Below are positions 53,694 through 64,000 of a stretch of 64,000 nt of DNA, piece after piece. The notes below the pieces were generated by a model. It did not search any database. It was not told where the DNA came from and was given only the letters and a program-made list of their open reading frames with translations. The stretch lies in assembly GCA_964016885.1 (NCBI GenBank), contig OZ024756.1:14012001-14076000 (forward strand). Reading direction: 5' to 3'. The DNA is from Eledone cirrhosa. Lineage: Eukaryota. Position 1 is the stretch's first letter. Every line of letters starts with the position of its first letter. The translations under genes were made by a program, and so were the position numbers.

Positions 53694-53868
53694 ATATATA
53701 CTTATACATGACAAATGATGATGATGATGATGTATTTATATATATATGTAGGTGAGTTTTATTGTAGCTCAATAAAGCAATGCAAATATCGGATAAGTAG
53801 CACTCTACAGTTTGTAGGACTGGAGTATAAATAATATAAGATCAAAAGATGGTTAAAAGAGTTCCAAG

Positions 53869-53939
53869 TATTTTATTATGCGCATTTCAAAAACAAATAT
53901 CATCATGAGATGATATCTGCGTTTTCATCAGATAAAATA
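53869..53939 (-). ncRNA. type I hammerhead ribozyme, left arm of palindrome
   Basis: exact reverse complement of 54058-54128. Confidence 0.88.
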
Positions 53940-54057
53940 GGGATACATGATATAAAGGTTAAAAAATACTTGTGAATAGTGAAGTTTTAAATCAACATAT
54001 GCTGATTTTAAACTTCACTATTCACAAGTGTTTTTTAACCTTCATATCATGTATCCC

Positions 54058-54128
54058 TATTTTATCTGATGAAAACGCAGATATCATCTCATGATGATAT
54101 TTGTTTTTGAAATGCGCATAATAAAATA
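54058..54128 (+). ncRNA. type I hammerhead ribozyme, right arm of palindrome
   Basis: TATTTTAT-CTGATGA-AAA c GCAGATATCATC tcat GATGATATTTGT t TTT-GAAA-TGCGCA-TA|ATAAAATA; palindromic helix III ATGCGCAT; predicted cleavage after 54120. Confidence 0.9.
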
Positions 54129-54194
54129 CTTGGAACTCTTTTAACCATCTTTTGATCTTATATTATATATATATATATATATATATATTTGCAG

Positions 54195-54337
54195 GTTTAT
54201 TAGGAATTTTTAAAAAGCCGCCCTTTCTGTCGAGGCCCCTAATTTGGAGTATTCTACAGGATCTGACCACCAAACGGTCACCCCCGGAACAGGATGAGAC
54301 GATATATGAGTTTATTAAGAGAAGATTTGGAAGTGAG
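54195..54337 (+). CDS. PPOX: PPOX exon 4 (LLGIFKKPPFLSRPLIWSILQDLTTKRSPPEQDETIYEFIKRRFGSE)
   Basis: ttgcag / gtttgt; DETxxxFxxRRFGxE motif. Confidence 0.93.
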
Positions 54338-54394
54338 GTTTGTTACATTCATAGATCTGTGTTTTGGGAGGTGTTTGTCTATGTGATGACGTGT

Positions 54395-55630
54395 GTATGT
54401 CTGTATGGAGATGTGTGTGTATGTGTGTCTGTATGGAGATATGTGTGTGTGTCTATATGGAGATGTGTGTGTGTGTGTGTCTGTATGGAGATATGTGTGT
54501 GTGTCTGTCTGTATGGAGATGTGTGTGTGTGTGTGTCTGTATGGAGATGTGTGTGTGTCTGTATGGAGATATGTGTGTGTGTGTCTGTCTGTATGGAGAT
54601 ATGTGTGTGTGTCTGTATGGAGATATGTGTGTGTGTGTGTCTGTCTGTATGGAGATATGTGTGTGTGTGTGGGTCTGTATGGAGATATGTGTGTGTGTCT
54701 GTCTGTATGGAGATATGTGTGTGTGTCTGTATGGAGATGTGTGTGTGTGTGTGTCTGTATGGAGATATGTGTGTGTGTCTGTATGGAGATATGTGTGTGT
54801 GTGTCTGTCTGTAGGGAGGTATGTGTGTGTGCCTGTATGGAGATATGTGTGTGTGTCTGTATGGAGATATGTGTGTGTCTGTATGGAGATATGTGTGTGT
54901 GTGTCTGTCTGTATGGAGATATGTGTGTGTGTGTGGGTCTGTATGGAGATATGTATGTGTGTCTGTCTGTATGGAGGTGTGTGTGTGTGTGTCTGAATGG
55001 AGATATGTGTGTGTGTCTGTCTGTATGGAGATGTGTGTGTGTCTGTATGGAGATATGTGTGTGTGTGTGTCTGTATGGAGATGTGTGTGTGTCTGTCTGT
55101 ATGGAGATGTGTGTGTGTGTCTGTCTGTATGGAGATATGTGTGTGTCTGTATGGAGATATGTGTGTGTGTGTGTTTGTATGGAGATATGTGTGTGTGTCT
55201 GTATGGAGATGTGTGTGTCTGAATGGAGATATGTGTGTGTGTCTGTCTGTATGGAGATATGTGTGTGTGTGTGTTTGTATGGAGATATGTGTGTGTGTCT
55301 GTCTGTATGGAGATATGTGAGTATGTCTGTATGGAGATATGTGAGTGTGTGTCTGTATGGAGATATGTGTGTGTGTGTCTGTATGGAGATATGTGAGTGT
55401 GTGTCTGTATGGAGATATGTGTGTGTGTCTGTATGGAGATATGTGAGTGTGTGTGTCTGTATGGAGATATGTGTGTGTGTATGTCTGTATGGAGATATGT
55501 GAGTGTGAGGTATGTCTGTATGGAGATATGTGTGTGTGTGTGTATGTATGGAAATGTGTGTGTCTGTCTGTATGGAGATGTGTGAGTGTCTGCGTGTGGA
55601 ATTGTGTGTGTGTGTCTGTAAGGAGATACG
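54395..55630. repeat. variable ~25-bp repeat (tctgtatggagatat(gt)n)
   Basis: direct reading. Confidence 0.9.
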
Positions 55631-55709
55631 TGAGTGTCTTTTGGGGCTATGTGTGTGTAGCTTGTTCATTACAACAACAACACTAACTTATACATAATTA
55701 TATGTGTAT

Positions 55710-56105
55710 GGAGGCACATGGCTTAGTGGTTAGAGCATTGGGCTTGCAATCGAAAGGTTCGGAGTTCAATTCTCGAACCGGGTGATGTGTTGTTTCCTTG
55801 AGCAAGACACTTTATTTCACATTGCTCCAGTTTACTCAGCTGTAGAAATGAGATGATAGGGACTGGGGTCCCTATCATTCCACTGCAAAGTGGTCGTGGA
55901 GGCGCCACGGCAAAAAAGCACCCAGCACTCACTGTAAATGAGGTTGGTGTTAGGAAGGGCATCCAGCTGTAGAAATCAAGCCAGAATCAGTTCCTGTATG
56001 AGCAAGACAAGGTCAGCCGACCGGACACTGCCCACAACAGGACAACCCGTCTAACCCATGCTAGCGTGGAAGAACAGACATAAAACGGTGATGATGATGA
56101 TGATG
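55710..56105 (+). mobile_element. SINE family A copy (long tail variant)
   Basis: full head, core and tail ending (GAT)n. Confidence 0.88.
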
Positions 56106-56323
56106 TATCTACGTGGAGGTGTGTTTGTATGGAGATGTAAGTGTAGGTTATATATAAGTATTAAAGGTGCCATAGGATTGCATTCACAAGTCGTTTGCCA
56201 AGATGTGCAATCGATGCTATTGGGGGAGTATCGATAATAATAAATAGGAAACAAAGAATCAGTGTTACATCATATACATATCTAATTACATATGTTTCAC
56301 TGCTGTGAGTCCTCATGTGTAAA

Positions 56324-56416
56324 CACATATCTGAGGAGCTTTTGATTCCAGTGTCAGGAACGAACATAATCGATCATTCCTCGAGCCGATCGGCAGTGAA
56401 ACATATGTAATGTGTG
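56324..56416 (+). ncRNA. type I hammerhead ribozyme with large loop II
   Basis: CACATAT-CTGAGGA-GCT...AGT-GAAAC-ATAT-GTA|ATGTGTG; inverted partial copy of the 3' half at ~56284-56305. Confidence 0.65.
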
Positions 56417-56491
56417 ATTAAATATGTATTATATATGATGCAATACTGATTCTAGAAATAGGTTTTACTCATTTACCAGGTGTATGTTAGC

Positions 56492-56925
56492 TCATCATCA
56501 TCATCACCATTTTACGTCCGTTCTTCCACACTAGCATGGGTTAGACGGGTTGTCCTGTTGTGAGTAGTGTCCGGTCGGCTGACCATGTCTTGCTCATACG
56601 GGAACTGATTCTGGCTTTATTTCTACAGCTGGATGCCCTTCCTAACACCAACCTCATTTACAGTGTGTGTCGGGTGCTTTTTTTTTTTTCAGTGGCGCCT
56701 ACACGTCCACTTTACAGTGTGGGCTGGGTACATTTTTGCCGTGGCACCTCCACGACCACTTTGCAGTGGAATGATAGGGACCCCAGTCCCTATCGTCTCA
56801 TTTCTACAGCTGAGTAAACTGGAGCAATGTGAAATAAAGTGTCTTGCTCAAGGAAACAACAACGTCACCCGGTCCGGTCCGAGAATTGAACTCACAACCT
56901 TTCGATTGCAAGCCCAATGCTATGA
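56492..56925 (-). mobile_element. SINE family A copy (long tail variant), inverted relative to 55710-56105
   Basis: reverse complement of 55710-56105 over most of its length. Confidence 0.88.
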
Positions 56926-57007
56926 TAATTGAATGAAGCAGAGCCAATGTATTCATAACAATAACAACACTAATTTATACATAACAAACTGTTTTGTGTT
57001 TTGTTAG

Positions 57008-57146
57008 GTTGCCGATGTGTTGATAGACTCAATGTGTCGAGGTATATTTGCTGGAGACATTCGTTATTTAAGTCTTAGAGCCAGTCTTCCTTATCTTCAT
57101 ACCTTGGAACAACAATACAAATCTGTGGTGTTTGGCAGTTTTAGAG
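57008..57146 (+). CDS. PPOX: PPOX exon 5 (VADVLIDSMCRGIFAGDIRYLSLRASLPYLHTLEQQYKSVVFGSFR)
   Basis: tgttag / gtaaca; CRGIFAGD motif. Confidence 0.94.
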
Positions 57147-57187
57147 GTAACATTGCTTTCTAGTTTGTCTTTTATCAGTTGTTAGAT

Positions 57188-57980
57188 GCTGGCCATGCTG
57201 GGGCAACACCTTGAAGAGATTTAGTTGATCATATCGACCCCAGTACTTATCTTACTGGTATAAATCATTAGACAGTGGCCATGCTGGGGCACTGCTTTAA
57301 AGGGATTTAGTTGATCATATCAGCCCCAGTACTCTTACTGGTATCAACGATTAGACAGTGGCCATGCCGGGGCACTGCTTTAAAGGGATTTAGTTGATCA
57401 TATCAGCCCCAGTACTCTTACTGGTATCAACGATTAGACAGTGGCCATGCCGGGGCACTGCTTTAAAGGGATTTAGTTGATCATATCAGCCCCAGTACTC
57501 TTACTGGTATCAGCCATTAAACTGTGGCCATTCTGGGGCACTGCTTTAAAGAGATTTAGTTGATCATATCAGCCCCAGTACTCTTACTGGTATCAGCCAT
57601 TAAACTGTGGCCATTCTGGGGCACTGCTTTAAAGGGATTTAGTTGATCATATCAGCCCCAGTACTCTTACTGGTATCAACGATTAGACAGTGGCCATGCC
57701 GGGGCACTGCTTTAAAGGGATTTAGTTGATCATATCAGCCCCAGTACTCTTACTGGTATCAGCCATTAAACTGTGGCCATTCTGGGGCACTGCTTTAAAG
57801 AGATTTAGTTGATCATATCAGCCCCAGTACTCTTACTGGTATCAGCCATTAAACTGTGGCCATTCTGGGGCACTGCTTTAAAGAGATTTAGTTGATCATA
57901 TCAGCCCCAGTACTCTTACTGGTATCAACCATTAGACAGTGGCCATTCTGGGGCACTGTCTTGATCATATCGATCCCAAT
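57188..57980. repeat. 83-bp minisatellite derived from a dispersed repeat
   Basis: gtggccatgctggggcactgctttaaagggatttagttgatcatatcagccccagtactcttactggtatc.., about 9 copies; single-copy relatives at ~4985-5090 and ~53520-53595. Confidence 0.9.
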
Positions 57981-58148
57981 ACTTTGATTTTCAAGCCTAG
58001 TATTTATTTTATCAAACTCTTTTTATCGAACTGCTAAGTTACAAGACCTAAACAATGAACAGTTGTGTTAAGTGTTCAACATACAACAATATCTGTTTTG
58101 TTCTGAAAGTGTTGATTCTAACCGTTTCTTTGTTCTCTTGTTAATTAG

Positions 58149-58342
58149 TGAAAGAAGAAGTTGATGACAGCTGCCCATTAATTAGGAAAGCTCAAGCTGA
58201 AAATTGGCGGCTGTATTCTCTGAGGAATGGTCTCCATCAGTTAGCGGAATCTCTGGCCAATGCTGTGGTCAGTGACCCTATGTGTGAGGTGAGGCTAAAC
58301 ACACCTTGCACAAGGATAGATTTGGTGCCAGGAAAAACAACG
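58149..58342 (+). CDS. PPOX: PPOX exon 6 (KEEVDDSCPLIRKAQAENWRLYSLRNGLHQLAESLANAVV...PGKTT)
   Basis: aattag / gtgagt. Confidence 0.92.
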
Positions 58343-59552
58343 GTGAGTTATATCTACACAACAAAATTTTATTTGGTATAATTGATTCTGAAATATTCTC
58401 AGTGGGCAGGGTGGTGGTTAGGAAAGTAAAATAAGTAGAGCATGACACAGACTGTCTTGTGGTATTTAGTTACATCCCTTTACACAGATTTTTTTTTTTA
58501 TCTTGCCGAAGTCAACTTTGCCTTTACATTGAGATTTTTTGGGTGCGAGATCAGTTCTGCTGTCAATATAATTAACTCTACCTTATCTTCCCCCTCCCCC
58601 ACTCAAATTTAGGCCTTTTATCTTTGTAAGAAATCATTATTACGATTACTATTAAATCCCACAAGTCCCCAGTCCACACTGTAAAGTGATCATGTAGGTG
58701 TCATGATAAAAAGCACTCGTTCCACTCTGTAAATGTGGTTGATGTTAGGAAGGGCATCCAGTAGTAGAAACCAAGCCCAAATCAGTTCTGCATGAGCAAG
58801 ACATTGTCATCTGATCTGGCATGTCTCTCAATGGGACATCTTATCTAGCCCATGCTAGCGTGGAAAAATGGACACTAAGCAGTGATCATGATGTTTGGTA
58901 TTTAGATTTAAATCTGCCCTTCTTATGTTATTCAATCTGTTTACCAACAACCATCATATAGCTGCTGTACATCTCTCTTTCTTTCTCTCGCTTTCTCCTC
59001 GCACTCTCCTCTCCTTCTCCCCCACTCTCTCTCTCTCTAATGTGTGGCCATGTGTCATTGTTCTTAAATCAATAATTATGACAGGATGGTGGCGTGTCAG
59101 ATAAAATGTCACCATTGTGTTATTTGTTCTGGTTCTTTACGTTGTGAGTTCAAATCCCACAGAGGTCAACTTTGCCGTTCATCCTTCGTTCCTTCTATTC
59201 CAAAGTACCAGTCAAGTGCTGGGATTGATTTAATCAACTTTGCCCTTCTCCAGAAAATGTGCTTAAAATTAGAGATCAGTATTTAATAGTTATGACCATG
59301 AAAGAATGGTTTCTGGTTTAGGCACAAGGCCAACAATTTTGGGGGAAAAGCGAAAGTTGACCCAGTGCATTACTGGTACATTATTTTATCAGCCCCATAA
59401 GGATGAAAGACAAAGCTAACCTCAATGAGATTTGAACTCATAACGTAAAGGGCCATAACTCTAGACTGCTAAGCATGTTGTCCAACACTCTACTGATTCT
59501 GCTAATCCACCGCCCTGAAACCATGAAATAATGTGATTTTTTAAAACTCTAG

Positions 59553-59613
59553 GTTCACACGAAGGATGAATCCTTTAAAGCTGATCATGTATTTTCTGCC
59601 CTGTTTGCAGGAG
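59553..59613 (+). CDS. PPOX: PPOX exon 7 (VHTKDESFKADHVFSALFAG)
   Basis: ctctag / gtatgt; ADHVxSAL motif. Confidence 0.92.
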
Positions 59614-59875
59614 GTATGTATCTATAAAAGTTACTTCTGTCTTTCATATGTCTCTACATCTTCATCTGTTTCCATAGCAACAAGAGCTCCCATCCTCTCA
59701 CTCTGCATCTTCTTCTTCTGTTTCCATTAGCAACAAGTTAGTCGTAGAGCGACAAAAACTCCCAACACTGTTGCACCTTAATTCCCACCCGGTCTGACCT
59801 AGGGCTAAACAACAACAGAACAGTTGCAACTGGAATATCTTTGATCAGGTCTGACCTAGGGCTAAACAACAACAG

Positions 59876-61030
59876 TGGTGGGACGGGAGTGTATTTTGGT
59901 TAAGAGGTGCCTACTGACTGTAGGTTTCGCTTTGCACTTAGGCAAGGCGGGTCTTCTGTATTACTGTGTAGCGCCAAAGATCTCGGTCCAGTGACATTGT
60001 CTTGGAGAGGTGTAAGTGTGTGAGGTCGGAATTTATGAAGTCGTCCCAGGTTTTTCTGGGTCTGCCTACTCCGTGGCTACCGTCTATTTTGATCGCCCTG
60101 CACTTTTTTATACAGCTGTCGTCTTTCATGCGCGTCTTTCATGACCATACCAACGTAATCTTCTCTCAAGTAAACAGCTTCTGATCCCTCTTATTCCTAA
60201 TTTCTCACTTAGTTCATTTATGCTTTGCCGTTCACGTATATTACTATTACACATCCAACGGAGCATGCAAGCTTCGTTCCTCTCTAGTCTGCGTATATCC
60301 TCTGCACACAATCCCCAGGTCTCACTGCCATGTAACATTGCTGTTCGTATGCAGGCATCATACAGCTTGCCTTTCATTTTTAGAGAGAAACATTTAGCGG
60401 CCAATAGTGGTATAAGCTCTCTGAACTTTTTCCATCCCGTTCTGACTCTAGCTACTGTACTTTCAGAGCACCCTCCACCACTGCTGATTTTGTCACCCAG
60501 GTAACGGAAGGTGTCCACTATTTCTATAGAACCATCTGTGCAATGGAATGAGCTAGTATTCTGTGGGCACTTGCTGCTACTTATTGCACCTGAGCACCGG
60601 CCACATATAAAATCTATATTCTTAGTTAGCTTACCTGTGATCCCACTACATCTTTTATGCACCCATACTTTGCATTTGGGACATAAAATGGAGTTTCTGC
60701 CTACTCCTTTCCTACACTGAGCATGGCCATTTCCCAGATTGGACCAGTGCCCTATTTTCCTTCCTATATACTAGAACTTTAGTCTTAGATAGGTTAATTT
60801 TAAGGCCTTTTGATTCTAGGCCATGCTTCCATGTTTGGAATTTCTTCTCTAGTTCAGCCATTGATTCAGCTATGAGCGTTAGATCATCAGCGTATAGGAG
60901 TTCCCATGGGCCGCCGGTCTTGAACTCCTCTGTTATAGCCTGAAGGGCAATAATAAATAGGAAGGGGCTAAGGACGGAGCCCTGATGAACACCAACTTTT
61001 ACGCTAAACTCTTCACTATATTCGATCAAT
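59876..61030 (-). mobile_element. RTE LINE fragment in PPOX intron 7
   Basis: GVHQGSVLSPFLF, ELLYADDL, FRYLG, WYGH, GRPRKTW; frameshifted. Confidence 0.93.
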
Positions 61031-61099
61031 AAGTTTATTTGATCAGTCTGACCTAGGGCTAAACAACAACAGCCAGTTTACTTTTTGTTTTTTATTCAG

Positions 61100-61218
61100 A
61101 TTTAAAACATTTGCTCTGTGAAGAAAAAACCCCTCTTAGCTCCAACCTGGGCCTCATCCCTGCTGTTGATGTCGCCGTGGTTAACATTGAGTTCCATGGC
61201 AAACTTTCTACATTACAG
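61100..61218 (+). CDS. PPOX: PPOX exon 8 (LKHLLCEEKTPLSSNLGLIPAVDVAVVNIEFHGKLSTLQ)
   Basis: attcag / gttcgt; VAVVN motif. Confidence 0.92.
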
Positions 61219-61313
61219 GTTCGTAAAGCAATTCACTTCTAATTCTGTTATAAACTGTTCATCATCATCATCATCGTATTTTATTATTGGATTTATTGTT
61301 TTGTTTTTTTGTT

Positions 61314-63341
61314 TTGACCCTTTAATGTTCAAACCGGCCAAAACCGGTCAGAATTCTCTACCTCTTCCTGTTGAAACTGGCTGTAACTGGTCACTCAAAC
61401 TGATGTTAAGGTATTGTTCTCAAAATAAATACTTTCAAAATCTCATAGATTCGAAATTATGTGAGATAATTATGTGAGGTAAAGCCTTTTCCATGAAAAT
61501 ATAATTGTTTCTACTTTAGGCACAAGGCCAGCAATTACCCAGTGCATTACTGGTACTTTATTTTATCGACCCCGTAAGGATGAAAGGTAAAGTCAACCTC
61601 GGCGGGATTTGAACTCAGATCATAAAGGGACGTAACTATGCTGGAAAGCATGGCGTCAAACCCTCTACCGATACTGCCAATCCACCTTACCATGAAAATA
61701 TAATAGTATATATAGAGTAATGTGAATGTTATGTGAGATATTATGTGAGGTAAAGTCTTTACTGTGAAAATACAATAGTATATATAGAGTAATGTAAATG
61801 TTATGTGAGATATTATGTGAGGTAAAGTCTTTACTGTGAAAATACAATAGTATATATAGAGTAATGTAAATGTTATGTGAGATAATTATGTGAGGTAAAG
61901 CCTTTTCCATGAAAATACAATAGTATATATAGAGTAATGTAAATGTTATGTGAGATAATTATGTGAGGTAAAGCCTTTACCATGAAAATACAATAGTATA
62001 TATAGAGTAATGTAAATGTTATGTGAGATAATTATGTGAGGTAAAGCTTTTACCATGAAAATACAATAGTATATATAGAGTAATGTAAATGTTATGTGAG
62101 ATAATTATGTGAGGTAAAGCCTTTACCATGAAAATACAATAGTATATATAGAGTAATGTAAATGTTATGTGAGATAATTATGTGAGGTAAAGCCTTTTCC
62201 ATGAAAATACAATAGTATATATAGAGTAATGTAAATGTTATGTGAGATAATTATGTGAGGTAAAGCCTTTACCATGAAAATACAATAGTATATATAGAGT
62301 AATGTAAATGTTATGTGAGATAATTATGTGAGGTAAAGCCTTTACCATGAAAATACAATAGTATATATAGAGTAATGTAAATGTTATGTGAGATAATTAT
62401 GTGAGGTAAAGCCTTTACCATGAAAATACAATAGTATATATAGAGTAATGTAAATGTTATGTGAGATAATTATGTGAGGTAAAGCCTTTTCCATGAAAAT
62501 ACAATAGTATATATAGAGTAATGTAAATGTTATGTGAGATAATTATGTGAGGTAAAGCCTTTACCATGAAAATACAATAGTATATATAGAGTAATGTAAA
62601 TGTTATGTGAGATAATTATGTGAGGTAAAGCCTTTACCATGAAAATACAATAGTATATATAGAGTAATGTAAATGTTATGTGAGATAATTATGTGAGGTA
62701 AAGCCTTTACCATGAAAATATAATAGTATATATAGAGTAATGTGAATATTATGTGATATATTATGTGAGGTAAAGCCTTTACCATGAAAATATAATAGTA
62801 TATATAGAGTAATGTAAATGTTATGTGAGATAATTATGTGAGGTAAAGCCTTTACCATGAAAATACAATAGTATATATAGAGTAATGTAAATGTTATGTG
62901 AGATAATTATGTGAGGTAAAGCCTTTACCATGAAAATACAATAGTATATATAGAGTAATGTAAATGTTATGTGAGATAATTATGTGAGGTAAAGCCTTTA
63001 CCATGAAAATATAATAGTATATATAGAGTAATGTGAATATTATGTGATATATTATGTGAGGTAAAGCCTTTACCATGAAAATATAATAGTATATATAGAG
63101 TAATGTAAATGTTATGTGAGATAATTATGTGAGGTAAAGCCTTTACCATGAAAATACAATAGTATATATAGAGTAATGTAAATGTTATGTGAGATAATTA
63201 TGTGAGGTAAAGCCTTTACCATGAAAATATAATAGTATATATAGAGTAATGTGAATATTATGTGATATATTATGTGAGGTAAAGCCTTTACCATGAAAAT
63301 ATAATTGTATATATAGAGTAATGTGAATGCTAAAGGGTTAA
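61314..63341 (+). mobile_element. piggyBac-type MITE with 72/73-bp array (~23 units) and a SINE insertion
   Basis: same head as 7283; right end AATGCTAAAGGG-TTAA. Confidence 0.88.
61501..61686 (-). mobile_element. SINE family B inserted into a TTAA MITE
   Basis: flanked by TSD ccatgaaaatataat. Confidence 0.88.
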
Positions 63342-63419
63342 TACCACATAAAAGCTTCTGGTGCTTTTATGATTCTGGGCTGGACAAGGGGCCGAGATGA
63401 CCAGTTTGGGGGTCAGTTA

Positions 63420-64000
63420 CTCTTCTTTTCTTCTCCCACTTATTCCTGAGAGGGTCATAGGGACATAGTCCTCAAACATTCCTTTCAGCGAGTCCCGTCA
63501 GAAACAACTGTCTCCAACTGATCCAGCTAGATCCCCAAGTGAGACCAGCCAAGCTCATGGGATGTTATCCAACCATCTTGCTCGGAGTCTACACTTGGGT
63601 CACCTGCCAGTTGGTTTTGCCAGTAAAATCTGTCCAACGATTCTTTCCTGAGACATTCTAACCACATGCCCATAGTATCAGAGCTGTGACCTCTCAATTC
63701 GGAGAAGTAGTAACTCTCTGATCTCCGAGCAACACACCCTATCGAGTACCGTTACTCCAAAGACCCTTCGGAGGAACCCCATTTTGGCCGCTTGTATTCA
63801 TTATTATATTCTTTCGATCATTACCCAAGATTTATGACCATAGGTAAGAGTTGGTACGCATACCGGATTAAAGATAGCGAGTTTGTCTTTTACACCTACC
63901 TCCCTTCTTCTGATTACCGAATTCTGAAGCTGGAGCATTACTGCACCAGCTCCTGCAAGTCTTGCACTTAATTCAGGGTCAGTTTAAAAGTAATATTTTT
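63420..64000 (-). mobile_element. degenerate RTE (Expander/Rex3-like) LINE 3' fragment
   Basis: RIERSQL*YYGHVVRMSQERIVGQILLAKPTGR..RARWLDNI with stop codons. Confidence 0.75.

Larger units (their letters stand above)
53749..54166. mobile_element. fold-back element with paired hammerheads in PPOX intron 3
   Basis: 336-bp palindrome 53831-54166 centred on CATATG 53996-54001; extension 53749-53830; (TA)n on both sides. Confidence 0.8.
47499..61218 (+). other. PPOX: protoporphyrinogen oxidase gene, first 8 coding exons (continues beyond the window)
   Basis: Spliced product MSTAVVLGGGISGLSAAYYL...LLEGSHHLGGWL...DHGPQSIR...NRFIYY...ALP...DETIYEFIKRRFGSEVADVLIDSMCRGIFAGD..LS...W.LYSLRNGLHQL...ADHVFSAL...IPAVDVAVVNIEF; FAD-binding GxGxxG and HemY/PPOX motifs; all phases consistent. 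Confidence 0.96.

Noticed and set aside
54278-55669. His/Thr-rich and Cys/Val-rich ORFs
   Set aside because: Microsatellite-derived repeat in PPOX intron 4.

Overview
AT-rich, repeat-dense eukaryotic DNA. The SINE families, RTE LINEs and very long (TA)n tracts point to an octopod cephalopod (inference). Two spliced protein genes lie on the + strand. The 3' part of glycerol kinase (GK) has 11 exons at 282-35894, with its membrane-anchor exon 17.8 kb downstream of the previous one. The first 8 coding exons of protoporphyrinogen oxidase (PPOX) lie at 47499-61218. Introns and intergenic DNA hold RTE and CRE LINE fragments, two tRNA-SINE families, TTAA (piggyBac-type) MITEs, Helitrons, a Tc1/mariner MITE and several TE-derived minisatellites. 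Most notable: (1) many (TA)n-embedded fold-back elements carrying minimal type I hammerhead ribozymes, some as back-to-back pairs, probably Penelope-like pLTR derivatives; (2) a near full-length U6 snRNA fused to a SINE and apparently co-retrotransposed into a MITE; (3) a 65-bp minisatellite that repeats a real GK splice acceptor about 52 times, with the nearest decoy AG mutated; (4) an 8-kb satellite amplified from 51 bp of an RTE ORF and capped by a Helitron. Almost all ORFs in the supplied track are microsatellite artefacts. All structures were read by eye; nothing was computed or searched.
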